A stretch of 64,000 bases of DNA from Octopus vulgaris (taxonomy: Eukaryota). A model generated the notes under the pieces. The model was given only the letters and a program-made list of their open reading frames with translations. It did no database searches and was not told where the DNA came from. The translations under genes were made by a program, and so were the position numbers. Positions 44,269-57,830 of this stretch are shown here, piece after piece (the first letter of the stretch is position 1; the number at the start of each line of letters is the position of its first letter). Location: contig OX597840.1 of assembly GCA_951406725.2 (NCBI GenBank), positions 26,660,001-26,724,000 of the forward strand, written 5' to 3'.

Positions 44269-45235
44269 GGATCTTTTCACTTTGACCGGCAGATTTTTAA
44301 AATAATTTCTTTGTAACTAAGCACTTTTAAACTTCATATACAGGTAGAATGTGTTTATAAAACATCTTTTTCTCTTGAGAAAATTCTGTAGTTTGTAAGT
44401 TATTTCTTGTTTATTTTCTTGCATATGACACTACCAGAAAATGTTGTTGACAAAATACGGCAGAAATTGAATTCAGCTCAATAGACGTCATTGATTGGTT
44501 GAAATCGCCGAAATGCAAGAAATTAAACAACAAATAGCTTACAAGCTACAGAATTTTCTCAAGAAAGCCAAGAGTAAAAGATGTTTTATAAACACATTCT
44601 ACCAGAATACGAAGTTTAAAAGTGTTGAGTTACATAGGCGCAGGAGTGGCTGTGTGGTAAGTGGCTTGTTTACCAACCACATGGTTCCGGGTTCAGTCCC
44701 ACTGCGTGGCATCTTGGGCAAGTATCTTCTGCTATAGCCCCGGGCCGACCAATGCCTTGTGAGTGGATTTGGTAGACGGAAACTGAAAGAAGCCTGTCGT
44801 ATATATGTATATGTATGTGTGTGTGTTTGTGTGTCTGTGTTTGTCCCCCTAGCATTGCTTGACAACCGATGCTGTTGTGTTTACGTCCCCGTCACTTAGC
44901 GGTTCATCAAAAGAGACCGATAGAATAAGTACTGGGCTTACAAAAGAATAAGTCCCGGGGTCGATTTGCTCGACTAAAGGCGGTGCTCCAGCATGGCCGC
45001 AGTCAAATGACTGAAACAAGTAAAAGAGTAAAGAGTAAAGAGACGTCATTGATTGGTTGAAATTGCCGAAATGCAAGAAATTAAACAAGAAATAACTTAC
45101 AAACTATAGAATTTTCTCAATAAAGCCAAGAGAAAAAGATGTTTTATAAACACATTCTACCAGAATACGAAGTTTAAAAGTGTTTAGTTACAAAGAAACT
45201 ATTTAAAAAATCTGCCGGTCAAAGTGAAAAGATCC
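44269..45235. mobile_element. Non-autonomous DNA transposon with ~155-bp TIRs and 8-bp TSD
   Basis: TIR GGATCTTTTCACTTTGACCGGCAG...CTGCCGGTCAAAGTGAAAAGATCC; TSD CGTAGCTC at 44261-44268 and 45236-45243. GG termini with an 8-bp TSD fit Merlin- or MULE-like; superfamily unresolved. Related fragment near 46474-46640. Confidence 0.85.
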
Positions 45236-45278
45236 CGTAGCTCTGCTGGATGAGGCCTGACCTAGGGCTAAACATCGA

Positions 45279-45322
<44 letters not shown>

Positions 45323-46416
45323 ACAACAACAACAAGCACAGAACCGTACCCAGAAAACAACACAAAAACGTATAAACCGAATTAGCATCAGTCGTTTGAC
45401 GTAATAGAAAAGTCTTTATCTTCCCATTTCCTGCTGGCCGCCATTTAAGGTCATGTGACCAAACTCTATTATAAAAATGGAAGTACGACCGGTCGCCTTT
45501 CGCTTTGGCGTCATCATCGTCGCAGATATCGTTGTTGTCGTCGTTGTTGTTGTTGTGCTAGGAAGAGGGGAAGCAGTTGTTGTCATCCGGTTCACAGTTA
45601 CTCGGTACGTTTGGTATATAACAAGGATAAATAGTAAAAAATTATCGGACGGAGAGTAAAGGATGGGAAGGAGTGAACGAGGGAGTGACTCGGCTTGCTA
45701 GAAATAGCAGCTGAAACATTCCTCGAAACCATTTACTCTCTTTTACTCTTTTACTTGTTTCAGTCATTTGACTGCGGCCATGCTGGAGCACCGCCTTTTA
45801 GTCGAGAGCAAATCGACCCCGGCACTTATTCTTTGTAAGCCTAGTACTTATTCTATCGGTCTTTATTGCCGAACCACTAAGTGACGGGACGTAAACACAC
45901 TAGCATCGGTTGTCAAGCGATGTTGGGGGGGACAAACACAGACACACAAACATACACGCACATACATATATATACATATACGACGGGCTTCTTTCAGTTT
46001 CCGTCTACCAAATCCACTCACAAGGCTTCGGTCGGCCCGAGGCTATAGTAAAAGACACTTGCCCAAGGTGCCACACAGTGGGACTGAACCCGGAACCATG
46101 TGGTTGGTAAACAAGCTACTTACCACACAGCCACTCTTGCGCCTATACTACAGACATATTTTTTAAATTTTTTAATTTTAAAATACAAACTAATTAAAGT
46201 CGCGATGAGTACAAGGCATTCATGCACAAATGTGCCCCACGCCTCGACTTTGTTTCCTGATAACTTTCTGAAAAGTAGCTTGCTAACCAACCACATGGTT
46301 CCGGGTTCAGTCCGACAGCGTGGCACCTTGGACAAGTGTCTTCTACTTTAGCCTCGGGTCGACCAAAGCCTTGTGAGTGGATTTGGTAGACGGAAACTGA
46401 AAAGAAGCACGTCATA

Positions 46417-46476
<60 letters not shown>

Positions 46477-47520
46477 ATCTTTTCTTTTTGAAGGCCAGAT
46501 TTTCCTAGTTAACTAAACAATTTGAAACTTCGTATACTGGTAGAATGTGTCAAAAGAAAACATTATTGTAAACAAAATTGAAAACAAAATTGTAATTTGT
46601 AACTTAAACGTAGTTTAATTTTAAGAATTTTAACCAATGAAATCGCAGCATTCGAGCTCAAATTATTTATCTCTTCTTCTGTCTTCTACATGTGCTAGAG
46701 ATAACAGCTATATCTCTTAAATCGATTAAGAGAGTGAGGGTGGAGTGGAAAGTGCTGCCTTTACTCTCTCTTTACTCTTTTACTTGTTTTAGTCATTTGA
46801 CTGCGGCCAAGCTGGAGCACCGCCTTTTTAGTCGAGCAAATCGACCCCGGGACTTATTCTTTGTAAGCCCAGGACTTATTCTATCGTTCTCTTTTGCTGA
46901 ACCGCTAAGTGACGGGGACGTAAACACACTAGCATCGGTTGTCAAGCAATGCTAGGGGAACAAACACAGACACACAAACACACCCACGCATATATATATA
47001 TATACATATATACATATATACGACGGGCTTCTTTCAGTTTCCGTCTACCAAATCCACTCACAAGGCATTGGTCGGCCCGAGGCTATAGTAGAAGACACTT
47101 GCCCAAGGTGCCACGCAGTGGGACTGAACCCGGAACCATGTGGTTGGTAAGCAAGCTACTTACCACACAGCCACTCCTGCGCCTTGCCGTAAATTTGCCG
47201 AAAGTGTAGGTGAAAGTGGTAAGGCATAGTGCGAGTATGCGCCTGTAAATTGGAGAAAGGGCTTGGCTTTTCGGTCCGGAAGGCAGTTTTATTTTAGGGT
47301 TTCTGCCAGTAAACCTCGGACGATCCCTTCCACCAAGTAACCCACACAACTCAGCTGTAAATTCTTTTTGTCATTTTTTGTGGTTGTGTTTGTTATTTCT
47401 CTTGTTTACAAGCTTTATTTTTATGAAAGCCCCACCCTGTAGCGTCCTGTATCGTGCTCGATCCATTGTCAACTCTACGTGGCTAATATGAAAAAAACTT
47501 TCATCATTACTACAACTACA

Positions 47521-47603
<83 letters not shown>

Positions 47604-47801
47604 TGATGATGATGATGATGATAAACAAACATAACTTTCGTTTTTGTTTTTTGACATTCACTAGTACAACACTAAATACAAAACCAAATATATGGCACAC
47701 TAGGCATAACAACAACACGAACTTCCAGCCTGTTGTCTCTTGAGGTCTCTGGGTGAGACTTGGAGCCAACTTGTGCAAATACAAAGAAAAAGTCAAACAT
47801 A

Positions 47802-47870
<69 letters not shown>

Positions 47871-47878
47871 TAATAATG

Positions 47879-47945
<67 letters not shown>

Positions 47946-48048
47946 GAGAGAAGAGATTCTATATCATTGGTCTGGCAAAAAGAGACGGCGTCTCCTTATG
48001 GCACGTTTCTGAGTTTATTGACTGATCCTCAGAGAATACTTACTCGAC

Positions 48049-48485
48049 TTATGACAAGTTATAAACCAAATTATGATAAGTCGTAAACCAAACTATGAAA
48101 ATTTGGATAAATCATAAATGAAGTAACAAGCGTTGAATGAAATGATAATTTATAAACGGAATTATGATAAGTCGCGAACCGGGTTATGATGTCATAAGCC
48201 AAATTCATGATAAATCGTAAACCTAGTTACGATAAGTCATAAACCAAATTATAAGTTGTAACCGAGTTATAATAAGCCATGAACTAAATTATAAGTCAGA
48301 AGGCAAATAAAGATAAATCATAAACCGAGTTATTATAAGCTATAAACGAAAACTGTAAGTCGTAAACTGAGTCATAAGTCTTAGAACAAATCATGATGAA
48401 CCGCAAACTAAGTTACGATAAGTCATATGTCAAATTATGACGAGTCGTAAGCCAATACTAAACCTAGTTAGATAATAAGTCGCAA
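48049..48485. repeat. Degenerate ~22-bp minisatellite, about 20 units
   Basis: Consensus TTA(T/C)GATAAGTC(G/A)TAAACCAAA. Confidence 0.8.
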
Positions 48486-49858
48486 AAGCGTTCATTTTTT
48501 TTTTCTTATTTGAAATGTTTTCTTGGGTTAATTTCACAGAAACTCCGACAAACGTTTCACATCATGAACATTAACTCCTCTTCCTCCTCCTCCACCTCCT
48601 CCTCCTCCACATCATCATCATCATCCACCACCACAACCTCCCCCTCCACTACCACCAACGCCTCCTCCTCCACCACCTCCTACTCCTCCGCCTCCTTCGC
48701 CGCCACACCCTCCTCCGCCGCCACACCCTCCTCCGCCGCCTTCTCCGCTGCATCTTCTTCCGCCGCCGCCACCTCCTTCTCTTCCCTTCCTCCCCTCCTC
48801 CTCGTCCACCTCGTCGTCCTCCTCCACTTCGTCGTCGTCCTCCTCCTCGTCCTCCTCAGACCACCACCACCACTACCACCACCACAACCACCACCACCAC
48901 CACCACTACCACCACTACCACCACTACCACCACCACAACCACCACCACCACTTCCACCACCACTACCACCACCACCACCACCACAACCACCACTACCACC
49001 ACCACCACCACCACCACCACCACCACCACTAATAACCAAATCGACGCTTTCCTTCAGTCACCACAGCCACCAGTCCAAGAACATCGACCACAACGACGTA
49101 CCACAACCAGCGACGGCTGGCAACACCAGCACCACTACCAGCACCACTACCAGCACCACTACCAGCACCACTACCAGCACCACTACCAGCACCACTACCA
49201 GCACCACTACCACCACCACTACCATCACCACCGCCTCATCCCCCCGCCGCCCCTATATCTATATATTTATTTACCTAATTCGTATAAACCTCCATTCTGA
49301 ATACTTTATTTGTGATAATTAACCATCGTTCGGTAAAGCCCCCCACCACTCTCACTTCTCTCCCTTCACTTTCTCTCTCTCTGTCTCTCCCTCTGCCTCT
49401 CTCGGTAATAGCAGCTGCACCAACGGAAGTAACAATAATAACAAGAACAGAAGCAACACCGAACAGCTGCAGTAATAGTAACGGCTGCGCCTGCGTGGTG
49501 CGCTGGAACACTAGAAATGGCAGTCAAATCTCGCTAAAGTAAAATGCGTAATATAGTTACAGTCTTAGGAATACACACACACATGCACACACAGACACAC
49601 ACACACACGCACATGCACACACACACATATACACCACACACACACGCATCACACAGACACACACACACACGCACATGCACACAAACACACACAAACGCAC
49701 CATACAGGCACAGGCGTGGTTGTGTGGTAAGAAGCTTGGGCAAGTGTCTTTCACTATAGCCCCTGGGCCGTTAAAGCCTTGTGAGTGGATTTAGCATACG
49801 GAAACCAGAAGAAGCGCCCGTCGTATATACACACACACATATATATATACATGTAATG

Positions 49859-49955
<97 letters not shown>

Positions 49956-50101
49956 GATGTATATATATACATATATACGACGGGCTTCTTTCAGTTTCCA
50001 TCTACCAAATCCACTCAATAGGCTTTGGTTGTCCCGAGACTATAGCAGAAGACACTTACCCAAGGTGCTACGCAGTGGGACTGAACCCGGAATATATATA
50101 C

Positions 50102-50183
<82 letters not shown>

Positions 50184-50639
50184 ACACGTACACACACGAA
50201 GGGGCTTCTTTCCGTTTCCGTCTACCAAATCCACTCTCAAGGCGTTGGTCAGCCCGAGGCTATAGTAGAAAGGCACAAGCTCAAGGTGCCGAGCAGCGGG
50301 ACTGAAACCAGAACCGCGTGGCTTTGGAAGCAAACTTGTTACCACACATGCACGCCAGCGATTTGTCTACGTTGTCCAAATACATCCCACTTGCCACGCT
50401 GAGTTATCTCTCTTGGCTCGTATTTGTTGAAATCGATGAAGTGTTGCATATTTTTCTCGACAGTTGTACACAATAGGCGCAGGAGTGGCTGTGTGGTAAG
50501 TAGCTTGCTAAACAACCACATGGTTCCGGGTTCAGTCCCACTGCGTGGCACCTTGGGCAAGTGTCTTCTGCTGTAGCCTCGGGCCGACCAAAGCCTGTGA
50601 GTGGATTTGGTAGACAGAAGCTGAAAGAAGCCTGTCGTA

Positions 50640-50682
<43 letters not shown>

Positions 50683-50689
50683 CAAGTCT

Positions 50690-50730
<41 letters not shown>

Positions 50731-50873
50731 GACGCCATGATAGATCCTTAGCTCCTACACGCATTTTTTTCTCTCTTTGTTTCTTTTCTGTGTATCTTTC
50801 TGTTGAAGAGCGTCGGCTCGAAACGTAAAAGACTTGTTCTATTTCTATTCCTGAGCGCTATACTAATACATTT

Positions 50874-52147
50874 AGTTAGTTAGTTAGTTAGTTAATTTGG
50901 CTCAAAAGCAAATAGCAAGGCCATGTAGGGGGACATGGAGTTAAGTACAGGGTGGTGTTCATGTAAAGAGTTCAGGCCACTTGAGGTCCAGGGAGGCTTT
51001 GAACAAAGCGGTCGTCGGCATCTTTACCATCTCGTCTGGCAGCTTGTTCCACGGATCCGCAACCCGGACGGAGAAAGCTCCTCTCCTTCGTTTGAGATGA
51101 AATCGTTGCAGGTAGATCTTTTCGGAATGACCCCGCAGCCGACGCTCTGGAGCAGGAGTGAAGAACAGCTCTTTCGAGAGGTTACACTTCCCGCTTATGA
51201 TGTTGTGGGCGAGAATGAGATCACCACGGCGGCGGCGTTTTTCAAGAGAATAAAGGTCGAGCGTCCTCAGCCTTTCTTCGTAGGACAAATTTTTGAGACC
51301 ATGAACCATGCGGGTAGCCAGCCTCTGGACTCTTTCGAGATGCTGTATGTCTTTGAGGAGATAAGGAGAAGAGGCTTGAATCCCATACTCCAATATGGGT
51401 CTCACCAGCGTGACATAGAGTGGTAGGAATATGGCTGCTGTGAGCATTCCGAATGACCGTCGAATCAAGAACAGAATTCCGCGTGCTTTGTTGGCAGCAT
51501 GGACGCACTGGGCCGAAGGCGAAAAAGAGGAATCCACCAAGATACCTAGGTCCTTTACCTGATCGGTCCTCTCCAGCAGCAGACGACCCGGCTCGAAATC
51601 AAGTTGAGTTGCAGGAGTAGAGCCGACAGGCAGATGACAGCACTTTGACACGTTCAGACACAGGTCCCAATCGTTAGACCACTTCCAAATTTGGTGGAGG
51701 CATCGACGAAGATCCTCTATATTGCCGCGAGGAGCGACCAGTTTGATGTCGTCGGCAAATAGAAGGGTGTGTTGCGTGAGGTCGTCGGGCAAGTCATTTA
51801 TGAAGACTAAGAACAACAAGGGCCCAAGCATTGAACCTTGAGGCACGCCACTGCTCGCACTGGAGACGTCGGACCGCGAACCATTAACTTGGACTTGGAA
51901 GGAGCGATCTGAGAGGAAGGCACCAACCCATCGTACAATATCCGGATGGAAACTATATGCTTGAAGCTTGACAAGTAATAGGCGGTGGTTTACCCAGTCA
52001 AAAGCTTTGGCAAAGTCCAGTAAAACGATGTCAACAGCATCACTATCATCGAGGATGCGCGTCACCAATTCTTCCATTACTAGTAAGTTGGTCAAGCATG
52101 ATCTCTTCGGCACGAAGCCGTGTTGGGAATCAGAGATAGAGGCTGTG
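50874..52147 (-). mobile_element. 5'-truncated CR1-clade-like LINE
   Basis: RT ORF, short 3'UTR with hairpin CCATGT-N6-ACATGG (50921-50938), (CTAA)n tail 50874-50894. Interrupts an H1 repeat, with TTT duplicated at the junctions. Confidence 0.9.
50959..52147 (-). CDS. Non-LTR reverse transcriptase (ORF2 C-terminal part), no stops or frameshifts
   Basis: Motifs QHGFVPKRSCLTNL, LDFAKAFD, GVPQGSMLGPLLF, LFADD, LVRPILEY, LERVQRLATR, LRGH. The first ~7 codons of ORF-track 50959..52167 come from the host repeat. Confidence 0.93.
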
Positions 52148-52203
52148 TTTGTTTGTTTGTACTCCACCTGCCTTTGTCTTTTGTTTATTTTCGCAAACTT
52201 TCC

Positions 52204-52295
<92 letters not shown>

Positions 52296-52807
52296 TTGTT
52301 CCTCTAGCATTGCTTCACAACCGATGCTGGTGTGTTTACGTCCCCGTCACTTAGCGGTTCGGCAAAAAGAGACTGATAGAATAAGTACTGGGCTTACAAA
52401 GAATAAGTCCCGGCGTCGATTTGCTCGACTAAAAGGTGGTGCTCCAGCATGGCCGCAGTCAAATGACTGAAACAAGTATGGGCTTACAAAGAATAAGTCC
52501 CGGGTTCGATTTACTCGACTAAAAGGCGATGCTCCAGCATGGCCGCAGTCAAATGACTGAAACAAGTAAAAGAGAGTTAAAATACTAACAATGAATTAAA
52601 AATGAAAGACTGGTGACAGTAACCAGCGTGGTCTGAACAAAAAGACTTTCCCCTGTAAACATTTTTGAAAGTGGGTGAGAAATATTTAGTGAGCGGTCAT
52701 TTACCTTAAAACAGTTAGGACATATCGTACTTCCACTTTAATGGGTTTTACGACGCTGGCCGCCCACTGGGACATGCTTTTGAAGTATTTCATTTATGGT
52801 TTATTGC

Positions 52808-52858
<51 letters not shown>

Positions 52859-52973
52859 ATTATTGATTCTGGCCTGTTTTTTTTTTTGTTGTTCTTGTTT
52901 TGCTCGCTCAATTGAAATCTTCGCCGTTTGTTGTTCGTTCGTTCAGCCGTTGGCCTTGCGGGGGAACAAAAGA

Positions 52974-53016
<43 letters not shown>

Positions 53017-53044
53017 ATAATAATAATAATAATAATAATACCAC

Positions 53045-53988
53045 ATGCCCTGACGCAGTACCAGGTAGTGGTTCTCATGGCTTCTGATCTTAACTCATTG
53101 GAAGTGTTATCATGTACATTGTTTTGTCTTGGTATAAAAGATGGATTATAGCAAATATTCTGCTCAATACCACAGATTTGCTTGTCAGTTGTTTGACCTT
53201 AACCAGTTGAGCATGTCCCTTAGGGGCTGACGATATGTGCATCTCTGATCACGAGCAGAAGTAGTGGGGGAGCATCATAGCCATGTGTTGAGAGGGATTC
53301 TTTGGGGTTTGAATAATTCACCTCTGGAAATATGGGTGTTTCGTTCAACATCCTTAAACAACTCTTATTCAGGGACCTTTTGAACAAGATGGGTTACCCG
53401 ACCAGAAGAAAATTTTAACGAGGCCCCACTTACAAGGTTTTGTGCTGTTTATCAATGCCCTGATGCAGTACCAGGTAGTGGTTCTCTTGGCTTCTGATCT
53501 TAACTGATTGGAAGTGTCATCATGTACATTGTTTTGTCTTGGTATAAAAGATGGGCTACAGCAAATATTCTGCTCAATACCACAGATTTGCTTGTCACTT
53601 GTTTGACCTTAACCAGTTGAGCACGTCCCTTAGTAGCTGACGATATGTGCATCTCTGATCACGAGCAGAAGTAGTGGGGGAGCATCATAGCCATGTGTTG
53701 AGAGGAAGTCTTTAGGGGTTTGAATAATTCACCCCTGGAAATATGGGCATTTCGTTCAACACCCTTAAACAACTTTCATTCAGGTTCTTTTGAGCGGGAT
53801 GAGTTACTCGACCTGCGAAGGTCATGGGCGGTTTATTTTGTTATGAGGTCACCATGTCGCGTACATGTGGTTGTGATGTATGTGCCTGGTGTACCCTTAT
53901 CAGACGGTAGTCATGGTGGGTATATTGGACTTCGTATATTTTACCCCAGTGTCACTTTGATGGCATGCACTGCTCTCTCACTCAATAA
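53045..53988 (+). mobile_element. Repeat family D ending CTCTCTCACTC(AAT)n, with an internal ~410-bp tandem duplication
   Basis: Units start near 53045 and 53455. 3' ends of the same family at 23283-23510 (-), 29500-29720 and 31160-31260 (+). Confidence 0.7.
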
Positions 53989-55378
53989 GACGTTCCAATG
54001 ATGACCGTTCAGTCTGTTATATTCAGGCTAGTACTGTCATAAGCCAATGTGGTCATCCTTTCTTTAAAAATGTATTCTGCGGTTAAAGGAACATTAGCTA
54101 CTATTTCTTGTAGAGTCAATTTCTGGGTAAGGGACCCTCGTTTGTCCTTCAGTTTTGGAAAATATCAAGGTGAAATACAATGGAGATTTAACTGATATTT
54201 CTAGCAGTCTAAATGGTTGCATGCAGGTTCGTTTGTTGCCCCTTATAAGTACAAGTAACTTATCGACTCAGCTAAGTTGAGTCGACTGTTACCTCTCTTC
54301 GAACTATAGTTCTTCCATCACACTAACCTAATCAACATTATTATCATCATCGTTGTCATTATTATCTTGTTCATCACCATTCTGAAAATCGGTTCAAATC
54401 CTCCGACAAAAATAATGTTTTTCATTTTTTTTTTTTTTTTACATCCTTAAACTATTTTTCCACGAAATTTTTAGTGAATTTCTCACCAAAAATAATGCAG
54501 TAAAAACTAACAAGAAGAATAAAAAGATCGGAAATACAAGAGAAGAAAATTCGTGAACGAAACGAGAGAGAGAAAAAAAAATGAAACATGAAGACGAGAA
54601 GGATATGAAGTGGCAATGTTTTGTTTATTTATTTTATTTTGTGGGTGGAAAAGGAAAAATGATATTTGAACGAAGTTTAATTGAAGCGTTAAATAAATTT
54701 ATTTAAACATTCTTTAGACAGATGGTTGGAGTCGTGGCTCAGCCTCTTCACCATGTCGTCTTTCATTGAGGCAGACGACATCTTACCTTGTTGGTGCAGA
54801 CGATAGTTTAAAGAAGGACGTTTTTTTTCTCTATTGTGTTCGCGTCATATTTATATAGGTCAACAGTTAAGATGAAGAAGGGACAAGGACGAAAGAAAAA
54901 TTAATCAAAACAAGAACAAAAGGAACACACTTGAAAATTATTGAAGAAATCTTGAAATGAAGGAGGGAAGGAAAAAGAGAAGAAGGGCGAAACACAAACG
55001 TTCAAATACACGCATGATGAATGGAAGAAAGAAAGAAAGAAAGAAAGAAGGAAAGAAAGAAAGAAAGGAAGAAAGAAAGAAAGAGAGAAGGAAAGATAGA
55101 TAAAAAAATACAGTAAGAGAAAATAAAAAAAAACAGAAAATAAAGGGATAAAAAAAAGGAAAATATCAAGCAGAATGAAAAAGAGGAGTGATCGAGAGAG
55201 AGGGCGAGAGAGAGAGAGAGAGAGATAGAGACAGACAGACAGACAAACAGATAGAGAAAAGACAAATATACATACGTACGCATACATACATACATACACA
55301 TACACACACACACACATACATACATACATACTTACATACATACATACACACATACATACATACATACATACATACGTA

Positions 55379-55427
<49 letters not shown>

Positions 55428-55643
55428 TTTACTTGTTTCAGTTAGACTGTGGCCATGCTGGGACACCGCCCTGAATGTTTCTTTTAAAGCCTGGTACTTA
55501 TTCTATCGGTCTCTTTTGCCGAACTGCTACTTTACCGGGATGCAAACACACCAACACCGGTTGTCAAGTGGTGTCAAACACAGACACACATATACATACA
55601 TACATAATACATACATACACACATACATACATACATACATACA

Positions 55644-55674
<31 letters not shown>

Positions 55675-55698
55675 CTGTTAATCTATCTATCTATCTTT

Positions 55699-55879
<181 letters not shown>

Positions 55880-55895
55880 AATCAACACACACACA

Positions 55896-55934
<39 letters not shown>

Positions 55935-56342
55935 ACGCACACACACTCTGTCAACAATAACATAACGCTGAATTTTTATCTGGTAAACATTACCAACAAT
56001 ACATAAAAGATAAGCAAATAAGATTTTTGCACCTCGAAAATTCTTTTCTGTATCTCTATGGACGTTTGGCCGTTCTGGAAGATTTTTCTGCTTAAAAAGT
56101 CGCAAAGTTAATAGAATATAAGTTAAGTAAACAACCAGGCATAGAATTAGAATATTGTCTGTTTAAAGAAAGCTTGATAATGTTGTCTGTTTAAAGAAAG
56201 ATAAATAGAAAAGGAAAGTGATTATAAATATTTACAAATACTTGCCGATACATTGATGTTTGTAAATATTTATGATTGAAGAATTTTGCCAAGGCGGTGA
56301 AGTTTGTCTTCGAGATCTTTTTTCCGTTTCAGGCGCGGTAGA

Positions 56343-56386
<44 letters not shown>

Positions 56387-56573
56387 ATAGGCAAAGAGAC
56401 AGAGAGACAGACAGGCAGAGAGACAGACAGACAGACAGAGATTGAGAACGTGTGTGGACGTTGTTGAAAATAAAAAAAATATGTCGGTGTGTTTGCCGTT
56501 AATGTAATTCTGTGTAATTTTGGACTTTGTATGGTTACGGATAGAAATATAAATAAACTAACGTACACACACT

Positions 56574-56610
<37 letters not shown>

Positions 56611-56976
56611 AAACACACACACACACACACTCACACACTCAAACACACACTCAAACACACACATACTCAAACACACACACAGACACACACTCACACACAC
56701 TCAAACACACACACACACACACTCAAACACACTCAAACACACACACACACTCTCAAACACACACACACACACACACACTGAAACACACACACACACTCAA
56801 ACACTGAAACACACACACACACACACTCAAACAGACACACACACACTCAAACACACACAGACACACACGCTCACACACACACACACACACTCAAACACAC
56901 ACACACACACACACAAATATACTAATTTGTTTTGAAGTTTGTGCTCCGTTGTATTAACTATACTCATCCACTTGCT

Positions 56977-57559
56977 ATGGAGAAAGAATCACAGACAAGG
57001 CGACGGTTAACCAGAGAGAGACAAAGGCGAAGAAGAGCCTTTCTCACTCAGGAAGAACAGGACGCAAGAAGTTTAAACAATACATGAAGGTTATTAAATC
57101 AATCACAAGAAGTAAGGCAAAAGAGACGAGCGCAAGAGGCAAGAAGACAGACTCGATGGCGTCAAAATGAAAATTTTAGGAGAGGAAGCAAGTTCGTTAC
57201 ATCGACTCCAGTACTTATTTTATTGACTCTGAAAGGATGAAAAGCAAAGCTGACCTTCAGCAGAATTTGAATTCAGAATGTAAAACTTGAAAAAAAGGCC
57301 ACAAAGCATTTTGTCCAACATCTAACGATTCTGCCAGCTCATCGCCTTAATAATGATCAGGATAATCCTTTCTACTATAGGGAATTTTAGTGGTGGGAGC
57401 TAGTAAATTATACTGATCCTACCATGTGACTGGTACTTTATTTTATAGATCCCAAAAGGATGAACGACAAAAACTGATCTCAAGGGAATCTGAATGCAGA
57501 AGAAAAGTTGCTATGCATTTTGTCTGGCATGCCAACAATTCTCCCAGCTCACTGCCTTT

Positions 57560-57597
<38 letters not shown>

Positions 57598-57830
57598 CCT
57601 TTTGAGTACCAAACTGCGCAAAGGAGAGATATCCAAAGAGAGAGTGAGAGCAGCACAAAAGCGTCAAGATGAAACAGGAGAGCAAGCAGCAGTGAGGAGA
57701 GAGTATCTGAGAAGGAGAGCATCGCAAAGGTGACATGATGGAACGGGAAAAGGAAGCAGCATAAAGGAGAGAAATCGAAAGAGAGAGAACATCGAGAAGA
57801 AGAATGGAAGACAAGGGGAGCTCATTGCTG
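56977..57830 (+). pseudogene. Decayed Arg/Glu-rich STPR-like repeat ORF, split by SINEs
   Basis: MEKESQTRRRLTRERQRRRRAFLTQEEQDAR..*..QSQEVRQKRRAQEARRQTRWRQNE (56977-57170), then RAAQKRQDETGEQAAVRREYLRRRASQR* (57600-57830). Confidence 0.45.

Noticed and set aside
50935-51426. 163-aa plus-strand ORF and other ORFs overlapping the LINE
   Set aside because: Antisense or off-frame shadows of the RT ORF.
52148-52167. Start codon of the 402-aa RT ORF
   Set aside because: The GTG and first codons come from the interrupted H1 repeat; the LINE is 5'-truncated.
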